A stretch of 61,634 nt of DNA from an uncultured bacterium (GCA_964562425.1 CAZLTJ010000001.1:1-61634); one strand, 5' to 3'; shown: positions 27,456 to 37,727, numbered from the stretch's first letter. The notes: generated by a model not told the origin, from the sequence alone. A program made the numbers and translations.

Positions 27456-30400
27456 CTATGGAATAAACTCGATCGACTTTCCTTTACTGCATTCATCTCC
27501 ATCAAACTCAAACTCAAAGCGTAGATAATCCATCGTTGAAACTGTATCTGGAGGTGGTGCCGTTAATGTAAAAGATGCAATTCCAATCGCGTTTGTAGAT
27601 TTAAAATCTGGAGTTCCGGACCAAAATATTTTAACTAAACTGTTGCAAATCGGATTTCCAAATGCATCTTTCACTGCAATAGAGGCAAAGAACATTAGTC
27701 CATATGTAATTTGGTCAGGTGCATCAATAATAGAATTCGCAGCACTGCATATTGTTCCCATAAGGTCTATAGTTGTCATATCGGAAGAATATTCCGTCTG
27801 TGCTGTAATATCAGCTTCTGCCACTTGATTATTCATACAGTAATCATCCAAATTAACGACTTGACTTGTGTATGTAACATCTGCATAACTAAGAAGACAT
27901 TCACCGGAAGTTCCTACTGTAATTTCCTTTTCTCCACCAAATGAGCCCAAATTTGTCCTAAATTCCACATCCGTGCCATTCTTTACTGGATTTTCGTTAA
28001 TATCTTCAACATATGCTGTTACTTCTGAAATATCCAAACCATCCGCATCTAAAACGGAAGGTGATGCTGAAACTATTATATCCCATGCCGGACCTGAATT
28101 GTAAAACCAAACACTATCGCAAACCCATCCCGGAATGCCACCACAACTTGTTGTAGAATCACCTCTTGTCGTGGCTTTAACAATAACGATACCGTCATCT
28201 CTCGGGTCTGAGGAATACCATGTAGTTTTTGCAGAACCAATATCTTCTCCATCTTCACCATCAGAAGTCGTAGCAGAACCTATAACCATCCCTTCGTCAC
28301 ATGTGAAATAAACAGCAGCATTAGGTACAGGATTAAGCATAGCATCTGAAACTCTAACTTGGACTTCATTTGAAACACCATCAAAGTCCCATCCTCGAAC
28401 ATTACATTCCACTCTCGATACAGAAATAAAATATGGTAGACCACTTGCAATTGTTATTCTCGGTGCCTCAGATTCGATACCCGAACCATCATGAAGCATA
28501 GAACGAACAAGAACCACCCCAGAAGCTTTACCTGATCGAACTGTTATATTAGCTCTCCCATTTAAGGTGTAAATAGTATCACTATATAGCTGATTCAAAT
28601 GGACATGTGGGTCTAATGACGGCATTCTCTCTAAAATTGGAGAACCAGGATAATTAGAAATCCAGAAAGTAACCTTTGTGCTATCTTTCACCGGATTATT
28701 ATATCTATCGAATATATACGCAGTTAAAACAGCCTGATCAATACTACCAGATCCTTTAACATAAATATGGTCTCTGTTAACAGCGATGCTTTCCGTATGA
28801 GCAATTTGAGGCATAATTCTAATTTTATCGCTATTCAGTTTTTCATCGGATTGTGCGAAAACCCAGACAATCCCGCTTTTCGTTCCCGGAGTGAAATACG
28901 TGGAGAAAGAACCATCTACGCGAGTCAGAACAGAATTGCTTGCCAAAACACCTAAACTACAAATATCTCCCCCACCTCCACACGGATCGCTCGGATCGTT
29001 TGAATTCGTTAGCCATAACTCGACAAGAGTGCCTTCACCTACAGGATTCCCTCTGGAATCTAAAACCTTTCCATAAACAGAATCAATAGTTCCGCTACCC
29101 ACAGTATCATAATCCTGGGAAAAATAAACCTCCACTGAATCTGGCTTACCTGCAGTGAAAATAACCTGTACTTGAGCAGTTTTAGTCTGGCAGGTCGCTT
29201 GAATCAGTGCTGTGCATGCCGAATCAGAAGAGAAGAGTTGTGTTGTAGCTACACCGTTCCATGTCTTAGCTATAGGTAAAATATAACCCTTATCTGTAAC
29301 AAAGGTTACAAGAATACTATCCGAGACAGGTCTTCCAAGACTATCAAGGACTGTAACTTTAATATCTGTAGAAGTAGCCCCATCTGCGGGAATTCTGGGT
29401 GGTGTAGCAGAAATTATCATTGTATCCACTGTCGTTGCGATAAATTCAACGGGAAATAGACGTATAATACTCAATTCAGTAATCGTAGCCTGAACATATG
29501 CGTCACCGATCACTCTCGGTGCACGGACTCTTAGATACCCTCTGCCTATCGAGTCTGTCACAATAAGCGAAGGAACCACAGAACCATAATCTTCTGGATT
29601 CATTACAAGTTCGACTTCCAAACCTGAAACCTTATTTCCGAACCTATCTATAACCTCGAGCGAACATTCATATTCGCTTAAACCATCAGCATACAGTTCA
29701 ATACTGGTCGGCATGAATAATATATCGTTAGCGTCATCCGGTGTAAACTGAACTATAAGAGTATCACTTGAAATAATACCAGAACCTGTATCAACAAATG
29801 CGTATATCGAGCAAGGACCTGCCTCTATTGGAGCACGGAGAATACTGGTAGCTCTACCAGTACCGTCACTTGTCCAGGCAAGTGCGGGATTAAAGCTCGC
29901 TGAAACAGAACCAACAGTCTTGGCAAATCTAACAGGTGTATTATCCGGTGCAGGGAAACTCAGGCTATCATGCACTTCTGCAGTTAAAGTTGTAGTCTGT
30001 ATTCCATCTGCTTTCAAAGTCAAGTCTCCTGCAATAAGGTCAATGTCCTTAAGTCCTGGTGGAACAAGTTCAATTGTAGTAACACCTTCTGCAGATGTAC
30101 CGCTTATCGATGCATGAATAGCAACATTTCCAGGGATAGTTTTAGCAGTAAATTTTGTTACGCATGATCCGCTTGTATCTGTAACACCGTTTGCCCATAT
30201 AGAACCATTCTCTGGTGGATTAAGGCTGAAACTCACAATCAATCCCTCAGAAGCCGTATTACCACCCTCGTCGAAAACTGTTGCCGTAATCATTGTCGTA
30301 TCGAGATTATTAGCATGAAGAACACTTCTATTCGGTTCAAGGACAATGCTAAATGGTGGACCTGCAATAAATGTAATTTCAATTGTATCAGCTTTCCCAC

Positions 30401-33400
30401 CACAAGTAACGATCAAAGTATCCACACCCACACTTCTCAAAGCGGTTAAAACTGTGGAGAATTCACCACTGGAAGTCTGTCCAGTATAATCATCGAGTAT
30501 GCCATATTTTAATCCACTTAATAAAACAGGAGTATTATCAGAAACTGGGAAATTCAAAGTATCAGTAACTCTAACAATTACATCTGCTGTTGAAACGCCA
30601 TCAGCTGGTAATGTATACCTACTTAATCGCACAATAACCGAACCAACATCTGTAGGTACGATCTGAATAAATATCGATGTTCTCTCTCCCTCAGATTCCG
30701 CGTTGACCTGTGACCAACCGGGTACTAAGCCAGAAAATAGTATTGTTGAAGCTTCACCGCTTATATCAGTAATAGCACTCTCATGAACACTTCCTGGCGA
30801 ACCAGGTTCAATGCTGAAGGTTACTGGAGTTCCTGGACTAACCAAATTATCGTATTGATCCCTAACTTCAACATAGATTCTCGTTGTGTCCCTGCTATCT
30901 GCAACCATAACAGAATCCGGCTCAGCCAAAATTCTGAAATTCCTTGGATCTCCAGGAACAACATATACTGTATCGGTATCTGATGCCGAACCACAAGTTG
31001 CAATACCAACAATTGTATCAACATATATCGAAGACCAAAGCGTACATTGAGCCTGACCTGATATTGTTTGTGATACAATAGGTTTAAGTCTACCCCCAGA
31101 AGACCCGAAGGAGACAATAGTTCTATCGGATAATGGTGAACCTGTCGAATCATAAACGTTAGCTTCAAGAAGAGAGTACCCGTCTTCTCCTGCGCTTGCA
31201 CCTCCAACAACAATTGTCCTTCTCGAGGGATAAAGCTGAATAGAATCTGCAATTAATGGCCATAAAGATATAGCTGCATTGCTGTATACACTTGGATCTT
31301 CTGTATAACGAGCAGTAATTACTGCAACACCTGCAGAACAACTTGCGGTATAAATTGTCCAAGCAAAACCGGTATCATTTGTTGCACTTAAACTTGTTAT
31401 CGAGCCCATTGTTGCTTCAAATTGTATTCCTTTGCCGGGACCAACGCGATTACCGTGACCATCCTTTACTTCGACGAACACCATAAGAGTATCGGAGCAA
31501 TTCGCAGGAAGATCATGTAGAAGAGAAGAAACAAACTCAATCCGCTCTGGTTCACCTGGTTTCATTATTATTTGCAGTGAATCCTTGATTCCGTTCGGAC
31601 CTTCTGCATAAATTGTAACCGTATCAATAATAGTACTTGCAGTATATGTAATCTCTGCTCTGCCATCTTCAGTGCGCTTAAATGTCGGATTCAACGAACC
31701 TTGACCGTCCAACATGAAGTTAACAGGAATACCGTCAGAAACAGTTGTAAACATACCACCAGATGTGTCCATTAATATTGCAGTAATTGTGGCAGTCTCT
31801 ACTCCGTTAGCTATTAGCTCAGACTTATCGGATACAATTTCAATCCAATTACCTTCAGCTGCTTCGAATTTAATAGGCACAGAAGCGCTCGCAATTACTG
31901 TAGATCCATCGTAAACTTTCGCATTAAACGATCCTGAACCGGGGGTATTGCTTTTAATAAAAGTCGATGCCATGCCATCATTCGAAGACACATATCCTAA
32001 TTCCGGATCTACAGTTCCCCGAGTCGATGTAAATTCTACTTCTGTGCTAAGAGCTACAGGATTCATATAGTCATCATAAACAAAAACATTTATTTCAAAT
32101 TCTCTGCCATCCGCGCTAAAGCAAAGAGCGCCAGTAGAATCCATTGCAGTAGTATCAAACACAATTCTGCTTGCTGGACCAGCAATAAACTCAATTTCCA
32201 ACGAGTCCACAACTGATGAACCTAATGCTCCAGCGTATGCGTAAACTCTTGTCTTACCTAAGGCTGTGGGTGCTTTTAATTTCGTTTGTGCTTCGCCAGC
32301 AATTGTCCGTACGGTCTTTGGATTTAATACTCCCTGTTTCCATTCCAGTCCTAACGCTTGAGTAAAAGCTACGATCGAGTTATCTGAAACATATGTGCCA
32401 GTAATTGTATCGAAGACACTTGCAACAAGAGTTGCTTCATTAAGTCCATTTGCAATCAATCTAACTGAATCTGTGGTTAAAGTTATTTGATTACCCTCTA
32501 GTTCCTCGACTATAACTTGAGTATTAACTATCCTTGAACCAACGGATATTCTTATTGTGGCAATACCTGGTGTTCGCGTAGGATTGAAAATTGCACTTGC
32601 ATATCCTGAAATATCGGTATTTACAACCGTTGAGGCTTCACCGTTCATTTTTCCTGATGTAGTACTAAATGTCACAGGGGTAGATGGTGCTACATGATTG
32701 CGGAACCTGTCGAACACCCAAGCTTCAATCGTCATCCTCGCGGTAGTATCTGCTGGGATCGTTGCAGAATCATCAATTTCAGGTTTGACTTCTATAGTAT
32801 GTGCCACACCCGGATTAAGGGTAAATAATATACTTGTAGTATCTGATGTATAACCGTCAATTTCAGAGTATGCATAAACTCTTATCCCAGATGATGCGAG
32901 AGTATCAGCTCTAACTGTAATTTGAGCTTCACCATCCTCGGTGGTTTTAGTCTCTGGTATAAGTCTGATATAGTCACTATCGGTAAAGAAAAAGTGAACG
33001 TTTGTGCCGTTAGAAGCCATCGTTCCTCCGGGACCGAAAACTGTTGCGGTTAAATCAGTTTCGTCCTCGCCATTCACCTCGAGTGAAAGTTTTCCTGCAG
33101 TCAGTGAAACTGTTTGAACCTGTACAGGTATAAATTCGATTTCACTGTAGGCTATTGCGTCACCCACTCTAACCTCAATCAATGAAGTTCCAATATCTAT
33201 ACTAGAAAATAATCTAACACGCGCAACACCTGATGTATCGGTGGTTGCAGTTGCAGAAGATGCACCTGGTGATCCAAGTAATCCCAGAGTAGTTGTGAAT
33301 GTAACATCAATTCCCGGTTCGACAATATTACCGTATTGATCAGTTACCTGCGCATAAATCATTATATTATCGACACCATCAGCATACAATGTCTCCGGTG

Positions 33401-36400
33401 GAGTATGTGTAGAATCAAACCATATGTTAATTATGTGTGGGTCACCGGGATTAACAGTTATCAACGTCGAATCGACTACTGTTGCTGCACCAGCAACAGA
33501 ATCTCCGGCAAATATCCACACACTGCCGTCTCCAACTTCAGTTCCTATTGTGAAATTAGTGGTCGCAGTACCGCCCGTAGTGTTTCGAGGTGTCAGAATA
33601 CTTCCAGCACTGAGTGTATCAACCCAGAAATGAATTGGTGTTTCCTCGGTAATTTCTGAGCCAGAAATGTCATAAACCCTTGCAGTAATTAGCGAATTAG
33701 AGAATCCATCTGTGTTAAGTTCCCTAGGATCTGCGGTAAGATCGATCATTCCAATTACAGCTTTTCTAAGATAAACTGATGTTATTCCAGATACCGAACC
33801 ACAACTTGCTTTAATTTGTGTAACTCCTGCTGTATCTGCTGCCCTGAGTATATTATTAACAGTACCGCTATCATTAGTTGTTAGATTATTAAAGATAATT
33901 GTCGCAAGTCTTGGATCTTCGAAAGAAACGTTTAATCCTGGTTCAACTCTATTATCCCACTTGTCGAAAACCTCAGCTTTAATATCACTTTCATCAAGTT
34001 TATTTGCTAAAATTGTCTCAGGATCAGCAGTTATAACAATGAGATATGGTTCCCCAGGTTTAATTTCTAGAATAACACTATCATAAACAGTTGCACTCAC
34101 TTCACCGTCAATAACGACAGTTCCTCGTTTCCTAGTTGCTCTGAAAGTTGCATTTGCTACACCATTTTCGTCTGTGTAATCCATAGCGTTAATTGAACCC
34201 ATAGAACTATCAGGTACGCTGAAATAAATAAGTATTCCTTCAGGAACAGGATGTCCGGTAGAATCATATATCCTTGCAATAATTTCGCTAATAAGGAATC
34301 CATCAGTGTCTTCTTCAAGCGGCTTTGCAATCATTTCCATACTAGCTGGAATTTTAGATGTCAAGTTAACTGTGCATTCACCTCTTGCAACGTCGGTATT
34401 ATATGAACCGGTGATTCTCGCGGTTCCCACATTACGCACCGAACGAATAAATACATATGTGCTTCCGGTGCTATCCGTGAGTCCGTATGCAGGGAATACT
34501 TCACCCAAACTTGTAACAAAATCAATTCTATAATTTGCTTTAACTCTATTACCATATTGATCGAATGCAACTACACCGATTGTATCAACAGAAATAGAAT
34601 CTGCAGGTATTGTTCCATTAACAGGAGTCATTGAAATCGTATACGGTTCCCCGGGAATTAACCTAACCCGAACAGAATCTCTTCGAATACCGCCTATTTC
34701 CGCAATAATCCATGCAAAACCCGTCTTAGTACCGACAATGTACGTGTCAGAAAAATATCCGTCGGTGGTTGTTACTACACCAGTTCTAAAAATTCCGAAT
34801 GAATCCTCTGGATTTATATGAAGTCGAACAACAGTATAGTCTGCGATGTAAGCACCTTCAGTATTATATACATAACCATAAACCTCTGTCTCCGAAACAC
34901 CGTCAGCATTAAGTTCGCTACGTCTAACGTTAATCATTACTTCACCCACATTTGCTGGGCTAAGAGTTATCCGTGCAAAACCGACAATTTCAGGTGTTAC
35001 ATCAGAGTATTTTGCATCTACAATTGCAATACCGGGATTAGTGCCTGCAGTGAATACAGCTTCAATGTAACCGCTCGTATCGGCGGTAGTATATGTTCGA
35101 TCGAAATCTGGAGCGATTGCTCCCAGTGAAGTTACAAAGCTTATTAAATAGTTATCTTCAACAGGATGCCCATGAGCATCTTCAACATATATCTTAATTG
35201 TTGTTGTATCAAAGCCATTGGCAGTTATATTCTCACGTTCTGGAACAACAGTGATAATCCCAGGTGGTCCTGATCTCATAAAAATAATACCCGTGTCTAC
35301 TATTGCACCAGCAGAAGCAACAATATATGCAGTATCTCTGGCATCTGTCCCACTTGTTAATGTAACTTCAGCCCAACCGTCTACTGTAGTTTCGACGATG
35401 GGGATAATCCTTCCTATATTTGTTGAGAAATAAATAGGTGTTCCATCAGAAACCGGATTCATCGAGGCATCCTGTGCAAAAACATTAATTCGTGATTGTG
35501 AAACGCCATTCGCAACAAGAGAAATTGAGTCAGGAAATACAGTAATCATTGCCACTTCTTGCGGAATAAGATAAATATATTCTCTACCAGTAGCAATGCA
35601 TGTAGCAATAATTGTGTCTATACCTACTGTGCTTCCTGCAGTATATTCACATAATATCGTATCTCCTGTGAACCCAGTTGTTGGTATTACTACACCACTA
35701 AATGACCTAATTTCAACAGTCTGTGCAGGATCAACTAAATTATCGAATTCATCTAACACAACAACTGTTACTCTCGATTTAACGATTTCATCACCTGCAT
35801 AAAGTGTATCAGGAACAGCATTTATTTCTACTCGGAAAGGGCTTCCTGATGTAAATGAAACATTGGTTTCAGCTTTGATCGTATCTAAAGTTCCATTATA
35901 TATAGCTTTAACAATAGCTTGACCTTTTCTTGTAGATGTTATGAGCATTGTTCGTGCAGTTCCATTATCATCTGTCCAAGCAATAGTATCTATTTCACCA
36001 TAAGGACTGTCAGCTGTATCAACAGAATGAAATATCACCGGCAAACCAGCACCTAAAGGATTACCGAATAAATCGATAAGTTTGGCGATAATTTCAACGG
36101 TAGAAACACCATCGGCAATTTGAGATTTCGGATTTGCTTGAAGCGTCATTAATTTTGGTTCGCGAGCTATCAATTCTATTTCAGTTGTTTCGTACGCATC
36201 ATCGCATTTAACGGATATCCTTGCCGTTCCTGGATTATTCCCAGCGGTAAATATTGCAAAAGCTTGACCAAGTGGTGTTGTAATAAAACTTGAGGGATTA
36301 ATTAAACCTAAATTTGTTGGTTGGACTCCAAACTCTACTGTTTTCCCTGTGCCTATCGAATTCCCAAATCGATCCGTAATATCAGCGGTAATGTCCGATG

Positions 36401-37420
36401 TGCTGACGCCATTTGCGGAAAGTATTGTATCCTCGACTATAATCTCTATATGAGCTGGTGGACCAGCCACAAATTCTACGTAAGCTGTGTCAACCAAAGG
36501 ATTTGTCCGAGCAATAATCATGACTTCACCAGTTGTAATATCTGCTTGAAGATACGCTTCAACTTGACCATCTTTAGTGTACAGTAAAATTGAATCCGGA
36601 GCTGCAATTGAAGAAATAAATCTCTTAGTTTTTCCTTGATTAAGAGATTCTTTGAGAGACATAGCACCCAAAAGTTGACCATGTTCAGCCCAAATCCAAA
36701 CAGGCATTCCATCTGGAGCGGGAATATGAGATTCCAAAACATAAACTCTCGTAATAATTCTAATTGAATCTCTTCCGTTTGCAATTGCAGTATCTGGTAA
36801 CACTTCAATCCTTACGGAGGTAGATATAGGCTTTATAAACGGAACCAATACTTCATCCCAAATATTGGGTGCAGCTGAAATAAATCCTTTAACAATAAGG
36901 GTTTCTACTATATCAGGGTCTAATGCACCGAGAATACCTTTCCCATAAAGGTCTGTAATCAAAGACGCTTTAGTTATCAATGCTGTACCGGATTCAACAT
37001 TGAATGACACTTCTACTCCGGGTGCACCAGCACCAGCGCTATCTTTGACTAAGACTTCAATTAATGAAGTATCCATACTGCCGACATATACTTGTTTAAC
37101 CAATCGTAATAATAGGCTTTCTGGTGGTGAATAATCCTGTGAAGCAATATGGAAAACCTCCGATTTGTTATAATCTCTTCGACCATAAACAGTTGCAGTT
37201 ACTGTAAGCGAGCTATCCGAAGGGATAGTCTTTCCGATTAAGTTGATGTAAACACATGCAATACCAAGTGTATCGGGTGATGCACTAAGTGACGAATCTA
37301 ATATTGTACCACCCATTGAACTAATAAAGAAAACCGTATTTGTTGAACTAATAAGATTTCCTTTCGAATCTCGTACCCTCGCACAAACAAGATTATCTTG
37401 TCGAGCTGCTCTCAATGGAT
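27456..37420 (-). repeat. Tandem protein-coding repeat array: ~300-nt Ig-like domain units organised as a ~600-nt two-domain (A/B) super-repeat
   Basis: My manual count gives about 32 domain cores. Linkers alternate between a Pro/Gly type (PGEPYTISM, PGEPYLIVI, PGDPHIINI, AGPPFSIVL...) and a non-Pro/Gly type (KIPASMEMI, KAVIGMIDL, VQVQTVSLT...). Boundaries are approximate. The copies are diverged at DNA level. Confidence 0.75.
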
Positions 37421-37568
37421 TAGGTATTGCAAAAAGAGAATCGATATTCCAAACTTTAAATAATTCAGCGGGATATGGATCACCGCTTTGCTTGCAGCCA
37501 ATGACTATTAAGTCAATAAGCATTGCAGTCAAGGCAATTTTAATAAACAGCAATTTCCTATATGACAT
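27456..37568 (-). CDS. Giant (~3370 aa) surface lipoprotein composed of ~30 tandem invasin/intimin-type bacterial Ig-like (Big_1-like) domains
   Basis: Start set at ATG 37568 (GGGAGG SD). Signal plus lipobox MSYRKLLFIKIALTAMLIDLIVIGC. The repeated ~100-aa unit has the core A[DN]G-x5-7-[IV]xAxVxDxxGNxVxxGxxVxFxxxxG...TDxxGxAxxxxxS (e.g. ADGVSTVEIIAKLIDLFGNPLGAGLPVIF). No T9SS CTD at the C-terminus. Confidence 0.85.
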   Translation of the reverse strand: MSYRKLLFIKIALTAMLIDLIVIGCKQSGDPYPAELFKVWNIDSLFAIPNPLRAARQDNLVCARVRDSKGNLISSTNTVFFISSMGGTILDSSLSASPDTLGIACVYINLIGKTIPSDSSLTVTATVYGRRDYNKSEVFHIASQDYSPPESLLLRLVKQVYVGSMDTSLIEVLVKDSAGAGAPGVEVSFNVESGTALITKASLITDLYGKGILGALDPDIVETLIVKGFISAAPNIWDEVLVPFIKPISTSVRIEVLPDTAIANGRDSIRIITRVYVLESHIPAPDGMPVWIWAEHGQLLGAMSLKESLNQGKTKRFISSIAAPDSILLYTKDGQVEAYLQADITTGEVMIIARTNPLVDTAYVEFVAGPPAHIEIIVEDTILSANGVSTSDITADITDRFGNSIGTGKTVEFGVQPTNLGLINPSSFITTPLGQAFAIFTAGNNPGTARISVKCDDAYETTEIELIAREPKLMTLQANPKSQIADGVSTVEIIAKLIDLFGNPLGAGLPVIFHSVDTADSPYGEIDTIAWTDDNGTARTMLITSTRKGQAIVKAIYNGTLDTIKAETNVSFTSGSPFRVEINAVPDTLYAGDEIVKSRVTVVVLDEFDNLVDPAQTVEIRSFSGVVIPTTGFTGDTILCEYTAGSTVGIDTIIATCIATGREYIYLIPQEVAMITVFPDSISLVANGVSQSRINVFAQDASMNPVSDGTPIYFSTNIGRIIPIVETTVDGWAEVTLTSGTDARDTAYIVASAGAIVDTGIIFMRSGPPGIITVVPERENITANGFDTTTIKIYVEDAHGHPVEDNYLISFVTSLGAIAPDFDRTYTTADTSGYIEAVFTAGTNPGIAIVDAKYSDVTPEIVGFARITLSPANVGEVMINVRRSELNADGVSETEVYGYVYNTEGAYIADYTVVRLHINPEDSFGIFRTGVVTTTDGYFSDTYIVGTKTGFAWIIAEIGGIRRDSVRVRLIPGEPYTISMTPVNGTIPADSISVDTIGVVAFDQYGNRVKANYRIDFVTSLGEVFPAYGLTDSTGSTYVFIRSVRNVGTARITGSYNTDVARGECTVNLTSKIPASMEMIAKPLEEDTDGFLISEIIARIYDSTGHPVPEGILIYFSVPDSSMGSINAMDYTDENGVANATFRATRKRGTVVIDGEVSATVYDSVILEIKPGEPYLIVITADPETILANKLDESDIKAEVFDKWDNRVEPGLNVSFEDPRLATIIFNNLTTNDSGTVNNILRAADTAGVTQIKASCGSVSGITSVYLRKAVIGMIDLTADPRELNTDGFSNSLITARVYDISGSEITEETPIHFWVDTLSAGSILTPRNTTGGTATTNFTIGTEVGDGSVWIFAGDSVAGAATVVDSTLITVNPGDPHIINIWFDSTHTPPETLYADGVDNIMIYAQVTDQYGNIVEPGIDVTFTTTLGLLGSPGASSATATTDTSGVARVRLFSSIDIGTSLIEVRVGDAIAYSEIEFIPVQVQTVSLTAGKLSLEVNGEDETDLTATVFGPGGTMASNGTNVHFFFTDSDYIRLIPETKTTEDGEAQITVRADTLASSGIRVYAYSEIDGYTSDTTSILFTLNPGVAHTIEVKPEIDDSATIPADTTARMTIEAWVFDRFRNHVAPSTPVTFSTTSGKMNGEASTVVNTDISGYASAIFNPTRTPGIATIRISVGSRIVNTQVIVEELEGNQITLTTDSVRLIANGLNEATLVASVFDTITGTYVSDNSIVAFTQALGLEWKQGVLNPKTVRTIAGEAQTKLKAPTALGKTRVYAYAGALGSSVVDSLEIEFIAGPASRIVFDTTAMDSTGALCFSADGREFEINVFVYDDYMNPVALSTEVEFTSTRGTVDPELGYVSSNDGMASTFIKSNTPGSGSFNAKVYDGSTVIASASVPIKFEAAEGNWIEIVSDKSELIANGVETATITAILMDTSGGMFTTVSDGIPVNFMLDGQGSLNPTFKRTEDGRAEITYTASTIIDTVTIYAEGPNGIKDSLQIIMKPGEPERIEFVSSLLHDLPANCSDTLMVFVEVKDGHGNRVGPGKGIQFEATMGSITSLSATNDTGFAWTIYTASCSAGVAVITARYTEDPSVYSNAAISLWPLIADSIQLYPSRRTIVVGGASAGEDGYSLLEANVYDSTGSPLSDRTIVSFGSSGGRLKPIVSQTISGQAQCTLWSSIYVDTIVGIATCGSASDTDTVYVVPGDPRNFRILAEPDSVMVADSRDTTRIYVEVRDQYDNLVSPGTPVTFSIEPGSPGSVHESAITDISGEASTILFSGLVPGWSQVNAESEGERTSIFIQIVPTDVGSVIVRLSRYTLPADGVSTADVIVRVTDTLNFPVSDNTPVLLSGLKYGILDDYTGQTSSGEFSTVLTALRSVGVDTLIVTCGGKADTIEITFIAGPPFSIVLEPNRSVLHANNLDTTMITATVFDEGGNTASEGLIVSFSLNPPENGSIWANGVTDTSGSCVTKFTAKTIPGNVAIHASISGTSAEGVTTIELVPPGLKDIDLIAGDLTLKADGIQTTTLTAEVHDSLSFPAPDNTPVRFAKTVGSVSASFNPALAWTSDGTGRATSILRAPIEAGPCSIYAFVDTGSGIISSDTLIVQFTPDDANDILFMPTSIELYADGLSEYECSLEVIDRFGNKVSGLEVELVMNPEDYGSVVPSLIVTDSIGRGYLRVRAPRVIGDAYVQATITELSIIRLFPVEFIATTVDTMIISATPPRIPADGATSTDIKVTVLDSLGRPVSDSILVTFVTDKGYILPIAKTWNGVATTQLFSSDSACTALIQATCQTKTAQVQVIFTAGKPDSVEVYFSQDYDTVGSGTIDSVYGKVLDSRGNPVGEGTLVELWLTNSNDPSDPCGGGGDICSLGVLASNSVLTRVDGSFSTYFTPGTKSGIVWVFAQSDEKLNSDKIRIMPQIAHTESIAVNRDHIYVKGSGSIDQAVLTAYIFDRYNNPVKDSTKVTFWISNYPGSPILERMPSLDPHVHLNQLYSDTIYTLNGRANITVRSGKASGVVLVRSMLHDGSGIESEAPRITIASGLPYFISVSRVECNVRGWDFDGVSNEVQVRVSDAMLNPVPNAAVYFTCDEGMVIGSATTSDGEDGEDIGSAKTTWYSSDPRDDGIVIVKATTRGDSTTSCGGIPGWVCDSVWFYNSGPAWDIIVSASPSVLDADGLDISEVTAYVEDINENPVKNGTDVEFRTNLGSFGGEKEITVGTSGECLLSYADVTYTSQVVNLDDYCMNNQVAEADITAQTEYSSDMTTIDLMGTICSAANSIIDAPDQITYGLMFFASIAVKDAFGNPICNSLVKIFWSGTPDFKSTNAIGIASFTLTAPPPDTVSTMDYLRFEFEFDGDECSKGKSIEFIP

Positions 37569-37604
37569 TATTTTACCTCCCAAGTCGTGTAATATCACCA
37601 ATTA

Positions 37605-37632
37605 AAAATAGATGCTTTGATAAACTTGTCAA
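37605..37632 (-). promoter_or_regulatory. Putative sigma70-type promoter of the giant-lipoprotein operon (-35 TTGACA, 16-nt spacer, -10 TATTTT)
   Basis: Minus strand reads TTAGCTTGACA-AGTTTATCAAAGCATC-TATTTT, about 37 nt upstream of ATG 37568. Same architecture as the rpsQ promoter candidate. Confidence 0.45.
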
Positions 37633-37727
37633 GCTAATTGAGCAAAATCCAAATAAATCAACGAATTTTGTGATTTTTTTTTGTTTTTTTATTTCTCCTC
37701 TTCAAAAAAAAATTCAAGAACGTCAAA

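Noticed and set aside
27643-36808. About 20 tracked ORFs of 60-143 aa on either strand inside the giant gene (e.g. 30821-31252, 33336-33659, 34818-35129)
   Set aside because: All lie within and out of frame with, or antisense to, the 10-kb ORF. Their translations are low-complexity with no motifs and no SD/start context. They are typical shadow ORFs of a long gene with biased composition.
27456-37568. Periodic ~300-nt repetition considered as a possible CRISPR or satellite array
   Set aside because: The periodicity exists at the protein-domain level only. There are no short identical direct repeats separated by unique spacers, and the whole stretch is a single open reading frame.
37569-37601. 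Upstream extension of the giant ORF (MVILHDLGGKI)
   Set aside because: It uses a non-ATG start, lies between the predicted -10 and the SD, and would bury the signal peptide. ATG 37568 with the GGGAGG SD is the coherent start.
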